A stretch of DNA of 64,000 nucleotides from Candidatus Latescibacterota bacterium. Its GTDB lineage: Bacteria > Krumholzibacteriota > Krumholzibacteriia > WVZY01 > JAKEHA01. A program made the position numbers and the translations under genes. Shown here piece by piece: positions 43,402 through 53,527 of the stretch. Positions within the stretch are counted from its first letter, which is position 1; each line of letters starts with the position of its first letter. Where the stretch lies: assembly GCA_963707635.1 (NCBI GenBank), contig OY970173.1, positions 1,280,001 through 1,344,000 of the forward strand, in the 5' to 3' direction. The notes below the pieces were generated by a model. It was not told the origin of the DNA and ran no database searches. It was given only the letters and a program-made list of their open reading frames with translations.

Positions 43402-44091
43402 GTGGAGCCCATGCCCCTCCTGATCTCTGTCAAGCTCGCCATCTACGACACCCTGGCGACGACCACCCACGCTCCAACCGTCTTTGACATCGCGCAGAAA
43501 CTCAACGCCCCGATCGAAGACGTCCAATCTGCCTTCGACGAGCTACACAAGAAACGCCTCCTCGTTCCCGAGCCTGGCGACCCCACTCGCATCCGGATGG
43601 CTCCGCCGTTCTCGGGTGTCGAGACGCCGTTTCGCGTGACCATCGGCGACAAGGTCTACTACGCCCCTTGCGCGTGGGACTCGCTGGGCATTCCGGTCGC
43701 CCTTCATGCGGATGGTGTAATCGAGACAACAGACGGGCACACGGGAAAGCCGATTACTCTCATGGTCCAAAACGGCGCGCCGGTGCCGGAGCCGTGCGTC
43801 ATCCACATCGCCGTGCCCGCCGCGCACTGGTGGGACGACATCATCTACACATGAGCGACGATGCTGCTCTTCCGGTCGGAAGAGACGGTGGGTGCGTGGT
43901 GCAACGCGCGGAGACTTCCGAAGCGGCCGTTCGTGAGCCTGGACCAGGTGTGGGTGCTGGCGCGCGAGTGGTACGAGAACCGCCTCACGGTCGACTCGCG
44001 CCGGCCGGGGCCGGACGAAATGGTCGAGATCTTGTCAAGGATCGACCTGACGGGCCCGTTCTGGGACCCGAAGTCGGATCGATGGGGATAG
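43402..44091 (+). CDS. MerB-like organometallic lyase, probable selenoprotein (in-frame TGA at 43852-43854)
   Basis: N-terminal HTH, MAPPFS, YAPCAWD (catalytic Cys/Asp), WWDDIIYT-TGA-ATMLLFRSEE; the frame continues without shift to TAG 44091; hairpin 12 nt after the TGA. Confidence 0.8.
43862..43890 (+). promoter_or_regulatory. Candidate bacterial SECIS element
   Basis: CTCTTCC-GGTC-GGAAGAG (43867-43884) with a G-initiated apical loop, plus a wobble lower stem TGCTG/CGGTG. Confidence 0.68.
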
Positions 44092-44156
44092 AAGTGTGTG
44101 GTAGATGACAGGTGCACTCGGATATCCTTGTCGATGCTTTGAAAGAGGAGGTTCCA

Positions 44157-44660
44157 ATGAAGCGCTATTTCGTATTGTCGATGGTTCTGATGGCTGCGTT
44201 GTCCGGTTGCGCCAAGAAGGCGGACATCGAGGCGGAACGCACCGCACTTCGGCAGGCCGATGCGGACTGGGCGAAGACGGTGGCCGAGAAGAACGCGGAC
44301 GCATTCACGGGCTACTTCACGGCAGACGGCGTCGTCATGGCTCCGAACCTGCCGGCCGTCAGCGGGACGGACGCGATTCATGCGTGGGTCTCCGCGAACA
44401 TGGCGTTGCCGGGATTCGCGGTGACGTGGGAGGCCACATCGGCGGAAGTCGCGGCATCGGGAGATATCGGCTACACGCTGGGCAACTTCACGTTCCAGAT
44501 GTCGATGCCGGACGGGTCTCCGCTCAATGATCACGGCAAGTACGCGACCATCTGGAAGAAGCAGGCCGACGGGACCTGGAAGATCGCCGCCGACATCTTC
44601 AACTCGGAGATCCCGATGACGGCGATGCCGAGTGACACGACGGCGGTCCAGGGGCAGTAG
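44157..44660 (+). CDS. NTF2-like (DUF4440/SnoaL) lipoprotein
   Basis: Lipobox LSGC; SGDIGYT, GKYATIWKKQADGTWKI..D motifs; SD GAGGAGG. Confidence 0.88.
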   Translation: MKRYFVLSMVLMAALSGCAKKADIEAERTALRQADADWAKTVAEKNADAFTGYFTADGVVMAPNLPAVSGTDAIHAWVSANMALPGFAVTWEATSAEVAASGDIGYTLGNFTFQMSMPDGSPLNDHGKYATIWKKQADGTWKIAADIFNSEIPMTAMPSDTTAVQGQ

Positions 44661-44820
44661 TTTGTCCTGGCTGAAAGACCCGGCGAAATAGAAGACGACG
44701 GCGATTCTTCGCCAAACGCCGTCATGCGGCGGCGTAAGACAAGAGCTTTGGGGCTTGTGCCGCCGAGTCGCCCGGGTATACGCTTCTCACTGCGCCAGAA
44801 GTCAACGGGCGTCGGTGGCC

Positions 44821-47800
44821 ATGCTGACACAATCCCGGAGCAAGCCGCCTCCCAGGCTCCTGCGGTTGTTCCTCCTCGGCCTGGGAGCAGCGGCCATTCA
44901 AGTCGGATCCGCACCGGTTCCGGCTCTCGCCCAGGGCGCGAGCATCGGGATCTACAGCGACCAATCGGGTAACATCTGCAGTTTCTCCGGGAACAGCCCC
45001 GGGACATTCACCGCGTACATCGTCTGTCGTCCGAACGTGAACGGAGTCACGGCCGTCGAGTTTGCGGCCCCGCCGCCGTCGTGCCTCGGGGCCGTGATCG
45101 AGGAAGAGATTCTCCCGATCGGGGCGCTGGCGATTGGCTCGGTGGAGACGGGCATTTCGATCGTCCTCCCGCAATGCTCGATGCTCCCGACCACGGTGCT
45201 CAAGGTCATCTACTCGCGCACCGGCTCGACGACGCCGTGCTGCGAGTATCCGATCGTGGCCGATTTGGTGCCCGGTGTTTTGTCCACCGTGGATTGTGCG
45301 GGAGTCGAGGTATCGACTTCCGGCGTGGTGAGCCATTTCAACGCCGACGCTTCCTGCCCTTGTGCCGGCAATAGCCAGCCGTCCATGCCGGACAATCCGA
45401 TGCCGAACGACTTGGCCGTCGGGCTAAGCGTGATGTCGAGCATGAGCTGGACCGGGTCGGACATCGATGGCAACCTCGCGGAATTTGATCTCTACCTGGG
45501 GACGAGTTCCTCTCCGCCGCTCGTCGCGGCCGGCCTCACGCAGCCCGGCTACACTCCACCTTCTCCGCTCGAGCCGCTGACGCGCTATTACTGGCGCGTG
45601 GTCGCGCGCGACGCGCTCGGGCTCGAGACGTCGGGTTTCATATGGACCTTCACCACGCGGCTGGTCAACTCGCCACCGGGCTCTCCACGGCCCCTGGACC
45701 CATTGAACGGGGCGCAGGCAGTGCCGCTGGACGTCATTGTCAGGTGGATGGCTGCAGACATCGATGACGACCCGCTCGTGTTCGACCTGTATTTCGGGAC
45801 GTCGCCGACACCTCCCCTCGTTGCCACGGACTTCGCCTTGACCGAGTATTCGCCCGGCCAGCTGAGCTACGAAACCACGTATTACTGGCGCGTGGTCGCC
45901 CGCGATCCGCTGGGTCAGGAGACGTCAGGCCCGGTGTGGAGCTTTGTCACGCGACCTGTCAACTTTCCGCCGGACCCACCGGAGAACGTGTCGCCATACA
46001 GCGGGGCGAACAATCAGCCGGTGACGGTCACCCTGACGTGGTCGGCGACCGATGCGGATAACGATACGCTGGTGTTCGACGTTTATCTTGGAACGGTCGT
46101 TCCACCGCCACTCGCAGCGACCGGCGTCAACACCAAGTACTATTCCCCCGGCGTTCTCGCCTTCGGAACGAAGTACTACTGGCGGATCGTGGCGCGCGAT
46201 GGTCACGGCGGTGCTACCTCCGGCACTACCACGTCGTTCACCACGCGACCGGAGAATTATCCGCCGACGGCGCCGTCGAATCCGGTGCCCGCCAATGGAG
46301 CGACGAATCAGCTGGTGACGACCACGCTCGCGTGGCAGTCCAGCGATCCCGACGGCCACGCGATCACCTACGACGTGTACTTCGGAACGACGTCACCACC
46401 GCCGCTGATCGCGAGCAACGTCACCACGAAGACGTACGCGCCGGGGCTGCTCGCGTTTGCGACGACGTACCGCTGGAAGATCGTGGCGCGGGATGAGCTT
46501 GGCGCCACGACCTCGGGCTCGATCTGGAGCTTCAGCACGAGAGTGGCGAACTATCCGCCGAGCGCACCGTCGAGTCCTTCGCCTGCCAACAACGCGACGA
46601 ACAGGCCGGTGACGACCACGCTGGGGTGGCAGTGCAGCGACTCGGACGGCGACGCGATCACCTACGACGTGTACTTCGGCACGGCGTCACCCCCGCCGCT
46701 GGTGGCGAGCAACGTCGCGACGAAGGCGTACGCGCCGGGGCCGCTCGCGTTCGCGACGACGTACCGGTGGAAGATTGTCGCGCGGGATGCGCCTGGCGCC
46801 GAGACCTCGGGCCCGATCTGGAGCTTCACCACCAAAGCCAATTCCGCACCGACTGCGCCGTCGAACCCGAACCCGCCGAACAACAGCGCGTCGCTGCTTT
46901 CGCCGACGCTCTCATGGACGTCGACGGATGTCGACGGACAGCCGCTGACACACAGCGTCTACTTTGGCACAACCTCGGCTCCGCCGATGGTTGCATCGGG
47001 ACTCACGGCGCCCAGCTACACGCCCGGCACCCTGGAGGCCACCGTGCAGTATTTCTGGCGGGTAGTGGTTTCCGACGGCGTACTGTCGACGAGCGGCCCG
47101 ACGTGGAAGTTCACCGCCTTTCGACCGGGAGACGTCGATGCGGACGGCGTGATTACCCTCGCCGACGCCTCGTGCGCTCTAAAGCTCTTCGTCGGGACCG
47201 GCGATTGCGCCGCCGGGGGCGGTGCGGTCGCCGCCGATATCAACTGCAGTGGGTTCGTCACCCCGCGCGACGCGCGATGCATCCACAAACACGTCCTAAA
47301 CGGGTCCTGCACGTTCTGCGGAGAATCCGGAGAGGAGCCTGCCTCCGCTGCATCGACCCCGCTGGTCACTGCCGGTCCGGTGTGGGAGAGCGATGACACC
47401 CTGAATGTGAGCCTGTTCGTGGCGGGCGTTCCCTCACTGGAGTCATTCGGTTTCAATCTGATCCACGATCCTACGGCGCGGCTGGTGGGGCTCGTTCGGC
47501 GAAGTGTCACCACCGCCTTCGAGGCGATGGAGGTGGGCGTGGAGGTCGCGTGGGAACCCATCTGGATAGGTGGTTATACGCTCGGGGGCGTGCCGGCTGT
47601 TTCCACAGTCGAACTCGTTCGACTGCGCTTCGTGATCGACTCCGGTAATGGCGGCAGTGTGCTCGTCAGAGACTTCGTCGACGACCTGGAGGGCGCGAAT
47701 CCGTTGTTTGTTGTGTTGGGAGGTGGCGGGTCAGTTCCCGTGTTGTTTACGCGCTTCGACGCCGTGCTCGAGGATGGCGGCGTCGACGTGCGCTGGGAGC

Positions 47801-48306
47801 TGACGAACGACGAAGCGATGGAGAGCTTCGCTCTTTATCGCCGCGAAGGTGCCGCTCCACTCGCAGACGTGATTGCGCAGGGGCCGGTCAATACCGGCGC
47901 GGGGTCGTACCTCGATCGTTCGGCCGGGGCCGGAAAGACGTATCGCTACGAGATGCTGGTCCAAACGCAGGATGGGGACGCGTTCCGCTCACCGGTTGCC
48001 ACGGTGACGACGCCGGCGAGCTCGCTCGTGCTCGGGCAGAACCATCCCAACCCGTTCAATCCCCAGACAACGATTCCTTACGAGCTGCCGAGCACGGCGC
48101 AGGCGGTGCATGCACGGCTCGTGATCCTGGATACCGCCGGCCGGGTCGTGCGAACGCTGGTCGATGAGGACCAGGCAGGTGGTTCGCGCGAGGCGGTGTG
48201 GAACGGCCGGAACGATGCCGGCGGCACCGTCTCGAGCGGCGTCTATTTCTATGTGCTGGACGCGGGCGGGGAGCGTAGAACGCGGAAGCTCGTCCTGCTA
48301 AAGTAA
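44821..48306 (+). CDS. Secreted protein: six Fn3-like repeats, dockerin-like module, FlgD-Ig/T9SS type A-like C-terminal domain
   Basis: Signal peptide; six ~98-aa units (..DVYFGT..PP...Y.W..VARD...W.F.T); GDVDADGVITLADA / ADINCSG..TPRDA; QNHPNPFNP...SGVYFY...RKLVLLK. Confidence 0.88.
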   Translation: MLTQSRSKPPPRLLRLFLLGLGAAAIQVGSAPVPALAQGASIGIYSDQSGNICSFSGNSPGTFTAYIVCRPNVNGVTAVEFAAPPPSCLGAVIEEEILPIGALAIGSVETGISIVLPQCSMLPTTVLKVIYSRTGSTTPCCEYPIVADLVPGVLSTVDCAGVEVSTSGVVSHFNADASCPCAGNSQPSMPDNPMPNDLAVGLSVMSSMSWTGSDIDGNLAEFDLYLGTSSSPPLVAAGLTQPGYTPPSPLEPLTRYYWRVVARDALGLETSGFIWTFTTRLVNSPPGSPRPLDPLNGAQAVPLDVIVRWMAADIDDDPLVFDLYFGTSPTPPLVATDFALTEYSPGQLSYETTYYWRVVARDPLGQETSGPVWSFVTRPVNFPPDPPENVSPYSGANNQPVTVTLTWSATDADNDTLVFDVYLGTVVPPPLAATGVNTKYYSPGVLAFGTKYYWRIVARDGHGGATSGTTTSFTTRPENYPPTAPSNPVPANGATNQLVTTTLAWQSSDPDGHAITYDVYFGTTSPPPLIASNVTTKTYAPGLLAFATTYRWKIVARDELGATTSGSIWSFSTRVANYPPSAPSSPSPANNATNRPVTTTLGWQCSDSDGDAITYDVYFGTASPPPLVASNVATKAYAPGPLAFATTYRWKIVARDAPGAETSGPIWSFTTKANSAPTAPSNPNPPNNSASLLSPTLSWTSTDVDGQPLTHSVYFGTTSAPPMVASGLTAPSYTPGTLEATVQYFWRVVVSDGVLSTSGPTWKFTAFRPGDVDADGVITLADASCALKLFVGTGDCAAGGGAVAADINCSGFVTPRDARCIHKHVLNGSCTFCGESGEEPASAASTPLVTAGPVWESDDTLNVSLFVAGVPSLESFGFNLIHDPTARLVGLVRRSVTTAFEAMEVGVEVAWEPIWIGGYTLGGVPAVSTVELVRLRFVIDSGNGGSVLVRDFVDDLEGANPLFVVLGGGGSVPVLFTRFDAVLEDGGVDVRWELTNDEAMESFALYRREGAAPLADVIAQGPVNTGAGSYLDRSAGAGKTYRYEMLVQTQDGDAFRSPVATVTTPASSLVLGQNHPNPFNPQTTIPYELPSTAQAVHARLVILDTAGRVVRTLVDEDQAGGSREAVWNGRNDAGGTVSSGVYFYVLDAGGERRTRKLVLLK

Positions 48307-48373
48307 CAGCGCCTTTCTCTCGCCCGCCGCGCGTGCGGCACACCCAATCTGAACGGCTTTGAAGGGAGACACC

Positions 48374-49012
48374 ATGAAGATCGGAATCCTCGGGTCCGGT
48401 GACGTCGCGAGAGCCCTCGCGATCGGATTCCTCAAGTACAGGCACGAGGTGTTGCTGGGCACGCGCAGCGCCGGGAAGCTTGCGGAATTCGTGAAGCAGC
48501 ACCCGGGTGTCCGTGTCGGCACGGTCGCGGATGCGGCCGAGTTTGGCGAAGCGCTCGTGCTTGCTGTCCGGGGGGCGCCGGCGGCGGACGTCCTGCGCGC
48601 GGCGGGCAAGGCCAACCTCACCGGCAAGGTCGTGATCGACGCCACCAATCCGATTCTGGATGGGCCGCCGGTGAACGGCGTGCTCAAGTACTTCACGACC
48701 TACGACGAGTCGCTGATGGAACGGCTTCAGCGAGAGTTTCCGGACGCGCGCTTCGTGAAGGCGTTCAACTCGGTGGGGAGCGCGTTCATGGTGGATCCGA
48801 AGTTCAAAGGCGGCAAGCCCACCATGTTCATCTGCGGCAACGACGACGCGGCGCGCAAGACCGTGACCGGGATCCTGGAGCAGTTCGGCTGGGAGGCGTC
48901 CGACATGGGCAAGGCGGAGGCGGCCCGCGCCATCGAGCCGCTGGCCATTCTGTGGTGCATCCCGGGCTTTCTGCGCGACGACTGGACGCACGCATTCAAG
49001 GTCTTGAGCTAG
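48374..49012 (+). CDS. NADPH-dependent F420 reductase-like oxidoreductase
   Basis: GILGSGDV, VIDATNP, VKAFN, CGND motifs. Confidence 0.88.
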   Translation: MKIGILGSGDVARALAIGFLKYRHEVLLGTRSAGKLAEFVKQHPGVRVGTVADAAEFGEALVLAVRGAPAADVLRAAGKANLTGKVVIDATNPILDGPPVNGVLKYFTTYDESLMERLQREFPDARFVKAFNSVGSAFMVDPKFKGGKPTMFICGNDDAARKTVTGILEQFGWEASDMGKAEAARAIEPLAILWCIPGFLRDDWTHAFKVLS

Positions 49013-49109
49013 AACGGCCCCGCGAGGGCGCTACGCGGCGCCGGAGTCCGTAGAATCCGGGCTCGCGCAAACGGCACCAGGATTGCTCGTCGGGGAACGG
49101 TGGTCCCCG

Positions 49110-49433
49110 ATGAGCGATTTCGAGCTTGCCCAGGAGTTTCGCAGACGCCGCCGCGTGACACGCTGGTGCGTGTTTGCCAGCGCGGTCGTGCTGCTCCTGG
49201 CCTGGCGGCTCGACCCATACGGCCGGTTCATCGCGAGCACCCTCGGTGCCTCGCTGTTTGTGACTGCGGTTCTGCTCTATTTCAGGTGGTGCAACCGGTG
49301 CCCCCGCTGCGGCGCGTCGCTCTCCAGGGCTCCCGAATACGCCAGCGATGAGACCGGCGGCCTGCCGTTGCTCAATTCGATTGCCTCCTGTCCGTTCTGC
49401 AAACAGGATCTGAAGGGAAGAACCTACCGCTAG
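49110..49433 (+). CDS. Small membrane protein with zinc ribbon
   Basis: Two TM segments, CPRC and CPFC. Confidence 0.6.
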   Translation: MSDFELAQEFRRRRRVTRWCVFASAVVLLLAWRLDPYGRFIASTLGASLFVTAVLLYFRWCNRCPRCGASLSRAPEYASDETGGLPLLNSIASCPFCKQDLKGRTYR

Positions 49434-51346
49434 AGGTGGGGCCTCACAGCCGCCGGCTCTGTGGCGGAGTGCGATTCCGTTCTGCGCTGGAAACGACTCA
49501 TCTCGTCCATGGCCATGCGGGCCAGATCCCCGCGCATGGCGCCCGCCTTCGCGCCGATGTCCCAGAGCTTGTACTTCTGCATGTACATCGGGTAGACCAC
49601 GTATACGTCGTCGCCCATCACGACGGCGTGGTTCACATAACTGGTCATGACGATCGGGCGCTCTCCGCCCAGCGGAGCGAAGAGGTTGCGTCCGTTGCTG
49701 TAGTCGCCGATGTCCTGCCCGCAGCCGAGTCCTTCGACCATGAGCGTGGGCGGGATGTCGACGTGCGCCGTCACCTCGGTGACGCGGCGCGGCTTCTCCC
49801 ACGGCACGTAGACGATCAGAGGCACACGGGTCTGGTAACCTGTGAAATTGCTGGTGTGTCCCCAGTAGTTGGCGTGATTGTCGTTGAACTCCTCGGCGTG
49901 GTCCGAGGTGATCACGACGATCGTGTGCTCAAGGATACCGGACGCGTCGAGCGAGTCGATGAGTTCGCCCACCAGGCCGTCCACGTAGCTGACGGAGTTT
50001 CGATAGTCGTTCATCACCGGCGCCGGGTCGCGCTCGCGCGAGGCGAGCGCGGGGTTGAGCTTGTGCGCCGGGTGGAAGCGCGCCGAGTCTTTCGGGTAGT
50101 AGTAGCTAAAGTGCGTCGACTTGTAGAACGCGAATCCGAAGAACGGCTTTCCCGCACGGTCCTGTTCGCTGGCAAATGCGATCAGCCGGTTGGTGAGATC
50201 CCGGTCCTTGGCGTCCGCGCTCGAGCCCGCGAACGACTCCTGGACCTCGATCCCCCGAAACACGGTGTCCTTGATCTTGTGGCGCTGAAAGTGCGAGTCG
50301 GCGAAAATTCCGAACGCGTAGCCGTTGGCCTCCAGCGCGTCGATCAGGACCGGGTTGTCGATGGCGGAGCTGTTCGCCTTGACCGCGGTCCAGTAGGTGG
50401 GATGAATGCCGTAGAAGATCCCGAAGATGCCGCTCGGCGTGGAGTTCCCGGAGCTGAAGTGGTTCAGGAACACCGACGACCGGCGCGAGAACGCCTCCAT
50501 GCGCGGTGAGACGACCTCGTCCATCGTATCGAAGCGCCAGCTCTCGAGGACGATCATGAGGATATTCGGGAGCCGTCTTCCCACCGGTGCAACCATCGGC
50601 ACCTCACGAAGCGGATACGCGAGGGACAGCGACGAGCCCGAGTCCGACGACGTTCCCGTGTCGGCGATCATGGGCAGGAGGCTCGCGTATTTCACCGCGT
50701 CGCGGTGGGACGTGATCGGATAATAGAAGGGCAGCCGCGGCGTGATGTCGGTGAAGCGGGTGTCGTTCTTCTCGTACGCCACGATGTGGAGCGCCTGGCT
50801 GGCCGCGAAGGCCGCGACGGCGACGATGGTGGCGCCGATCACGAAGCGCCGGCGGTTGGGCAACCGCTTGGCGAGCCGAAACAGGAGCCACTCGAGGCCC
50901 ACGACGCACGCCAGCACGACGACGGCGGTGGCCACCAGGCGCCCGGAGATGCCGATGCCGCTGAAGGACGTAAACGCGAATTCCAGCCAGAACGCGTTCA
51001 GGTGGAACCGGTAGACCGGGTACACGAAGCTGTCGAGAACGAAGAAGTACAACGCGACGGCGAGGAATGTCCCGCAGAGCGCCACGGCGACCCGCGTCGA
51101 GAACGCCGTCACGGCGAACACGAGTGTTACGAGGACGAGGAGAACGAGCACGTAGTAGCCAACCAGCACGAGGCCCGCGTAGACACCCGCCAGGCTGGTG
51201 AGGTCCACGCCCACGAGGTGGCGCATCAGGGCCAGCACGAGGAACGGCGTGGTCAGGCACAGCGCGGCGACGACGCGCGAGTACTCCGAGGCTCGTTTCG
51301 AGAGCCACGCGTGCAGGGGAGAAGTGCTGCCGGGCGTTTCAGACAT
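49430..51346 (-). CDS. YejM/PbgA-like membrane sulfatase-superfamily protein
   Basis: Five N-terminal TMs, FHLN, PFYYP, NHFSSGNST..GIFGIFYG, TSDHAEEF, YWGH motifs. Confidence 0.82.
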   Translation of the reverse strand: MSETPGSTSPLHAWLSKRASEYSRVVAALCLTTPFLVLALMRHLVGVDLTSLAGVYAGLVLVGYYVLVLLVLVTLVFAVTAFSTRVAVALCGTFLAVALYFFVLDSFVYPVYRFHLNAFWLEFAFTSFSGIGISGRLVATAVVVLACVVGLEWLLFRLAKRLPNRRRFVIGATIVAVAAFAASQALHIVAYEKNDTRFTDITPRLPFYYPITSHRDAVKYASLLPMIADTGTSSDSGSSLSLAYPLREVPMVAPVGRRLPNILMIVLESWRFDTMDEVVSPRMEAFSRRSSVFLNHFSSGNSTPSGIFGIFYGIHPTYWTAVKANSSAIDNPVLIDALEANGYAFGIFADSHFQRHKIKDTVFRGIEVQESFAGSSADAKDRDLTNRLIAFASEQDRAGKPFFGFAFYKSTHFSYYYPKDSARFHPAHKLNPALASRERDPAPVMNDYRNSVSYVDGLVGELIDSLDASGILEHTIVVITSDHAEEFNDNHANYWGHTSNFTGYQTRVPLIVYVPWEKPRRVTEVTAHVDIPPTLMVEGLGCGQDIGDYSNGRNLFAPLGGERPIVMTSYVNHAVVMGDDVYVVYPMYMQKYKLWDIGAKAGAMRGDLARMAMDEMSRFQRRTESHSATEPAAVRPHL

Positions 51347-51544
51347 CGGTCGATCCACACGAAACCGGATCGGTGACGAGCGGGACGCTCGTACTCGACA
51401 GCATTATATAGGCCGACGCGAGGTCAAAATCAAGGGGTGCATTGCCGGGGGACCGTCGGGCCGGCCTGAATTTCCGTTGCGGCGCCTGGATCGTGTACAA
51501 TGTCAACTCGGATTCATGCCGGCCGCGCCAGTCGAGGGTTGACC

Positions 51545-52745
51545 ATGCCCGTCCGTCCCGCCCTGAAGGCAGTAATAGCTGCGCTATCGGTGTTCGCCGT
51601 CGCATGCGCGGGTACCGCCGTTCCGATCGAGTACGACTCCATTTCGGCTCTCGAAAGCCGACTTCGCGACCTCGCCCACCAGGAGGACATCCCCGCTCTC
51701 ACCGTGCTGGCGGTCCGCGGTGAAGCGGATCGCGTGGGCATACTCCACCGGAGCCGCGGACCTGCGGCGACACATCGATGCGGATACGAGCACCGTCTAC
51801 TGGTGGTATTCGCTCACCAAGATCGTGACCGCGACCGCCATCATGCAACTCGCCGAGAAGGGACTCGTTGATCTCGACGCGCCCGTTCGGCGCTATGTTC
51901 CGTACTTCACACCGGAGCCTCACGCACGAACGGATCGGGAAGCAATGGTGCGACACCTGTTGACCCACAGCAGCGGACTGGGCGACCGGGAGTGGCAGGC
52001 CGCGCGATGGTATCGTCTCGAGTCGCAGCCGAGCCCCGATCCGGAAGCGCAACTCAAAGACCTGCTGTCGAAGTACCACAAACTCAAGTCCAACCCCGGC
52101 GAGAAGCGCCGCTATTCCAATGTGGGCTACGCGCTTCTGGGAGAGATCGTTGCGCGTGCGTCCGGGATGCCGTACCGAGAGTACGTGGAGCAGAACATCC
52201 TCGCGCCGCTCGGCATGTCGCGCACCGGATTCACCGTCGATGACGCGATGGGGTTCGACGTGGCCGTGGGGTACGAAAAACCATGGAGCATGATGGGCGT
52301 TGTACTCCGCATCGTCTCGGGAGGCGGCGCCATCGAGGAAAACGACAACGGCTTGCTCGCGTTGAAACGCCTCCATCCGCGCGCGTCGTCGTACGCGGGA
52401 CTGATCGGACCCGCCAACGATCTCGCGCGGTTCGTAATCGCCCACACCAACGACGGCGCCTGTCTCGGGCGACGCATTCTCTCCGCCGCGTCCACGCACG
52501 CCATGCAGGAACCGCAGCTGAACAGCAAGGGCGAGTATCTGCGGGCACTCGGCTGGTACCGCGTCGGAGACGGGGCCGCCGTCTTCGTCGGTCACCGGGG
52601 CGGGGGACCCGGGTTCCGCTGCGAGGTTCGCATCTATCCGGAGAAACACCTGGCCGTCGTCGTGCTCGGCAACCGGACGTTTGACTCCTGGCCCGTGGCC
52701 GATCTGGTGGCGGCCAACGAACGCCTGTTCACTGTGTTAGAATGA
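51545..52745 (+). pseudogene. Serine hydrolase (beta-lactamase family) lipoprotein with a +1 frameshift near 51723
   Basis: The lipobox N-terminus (AVAC...IPALTVLAVRG) is in one frame; SLTK, HLLTHSSG, YSN and GHRG are in the next frame. Confidence 0.75.
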
Positions 52746-52771
52746 CCCGCAAGACCCAGGGAGGAAGCCGC

Positions 52772-53137
52772 ATGTTCCGCGGATTGCGAACCGTCATCTA
52801 TCACGTCGATAATCTGGACAAGGGGAAGGCCTGGTACGCCGGCGTGCTCGATCGCGCGCCCTACTTCGACCAGCCCTACTATGTCGGCTTCCAGGTGGGT
52901 GGCTTCGAGCTGGGGCTGGTGCCGGACGGGAAGTCGGGTCCGGGCGGAACGGTGGCCTACTGGGGGGTTGCCGACGCCGCCAAGACGCTCGCCCGGCTGG
53001 AGTCTCACGGCGCCGCCGTGCGTGAAAAGTTGCAGGACGTCGGCGAAGGCATCAAAGTCGCCGCGGTGGCGGACCCCTTCGGCAATACCATCGGGATCAT
53101 CGAGAATCCCAATTTCGATACCAAGAAGGTCGGTTGA
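52772..53137 (+). CDS. VOC/glyoxalase family protein
   Basis: YVGFQVGGFELGL, DVGEGI, DPFGN motifs. Confidence 0.9.
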   Translation: MFRGLRTVIYHVDNLDKGKAWYAGVLDRAPYFDQPYYVGFQVGGFELGLVPDGKSGPGGTVAYWGVADAAKTLARLESHGAAVREKLQDVGEGIKVAAVADPFGNTIGIIENPNFDTKKVG

Positions 53138-53140
53138 CTC

Positions 53141-53527
53141 ATGGGCGTCTCATATACCATCGATAAGAATCTTCTCAGGCTGAACATGGAGGGCGAATAC
53201 GCGACCGAAGACATCGTCCGGCAATTCCTGGTCGCGATCGACGACCCGAAGTGCCCGAAGCCGGTGGCGCTGCTCGTGGACGTCAGTCGCTCCGCGTCGC
53301 TCGCGACACGCCCGGTCGAACAGATCCGCCTGATCGCCGAGCGACTCGGCGAATACTCCGAACGGATCGGCGGACGCTGTGCCGTGCTGGCCTCATCGGA
53401 CGTGAATTTCGGGTTGAGCCGGCTGGGGTCGGTGTACAGCGAAGGCGTCGGGGTGAGCACGAGTGTGTTCCGGGACCTGCCGGAGGCGCTGGCATGGCTC
53501 GGTGTCACACCCCCGAAGTCCCCGTGA
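53141..53527 (+). CDS. Hypothetical protein (STAS/SpoIIAA-like)
   Basis: LLVD, AVL, FGLSR, VFRDLPEALAWL pattern. Confidence 0.68.
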   Translation: MGVSYTIDKNLLRLNMEGEYATEDIVRQFLVAIDDPKCPKPVALLVDVSRSASLATRPVEQIRLIAERLGEYSERIGGRCAVLASSDVNFGLSRLGSVYSEGVGVSTSVFRDLPEALAWLGVTPPKSP

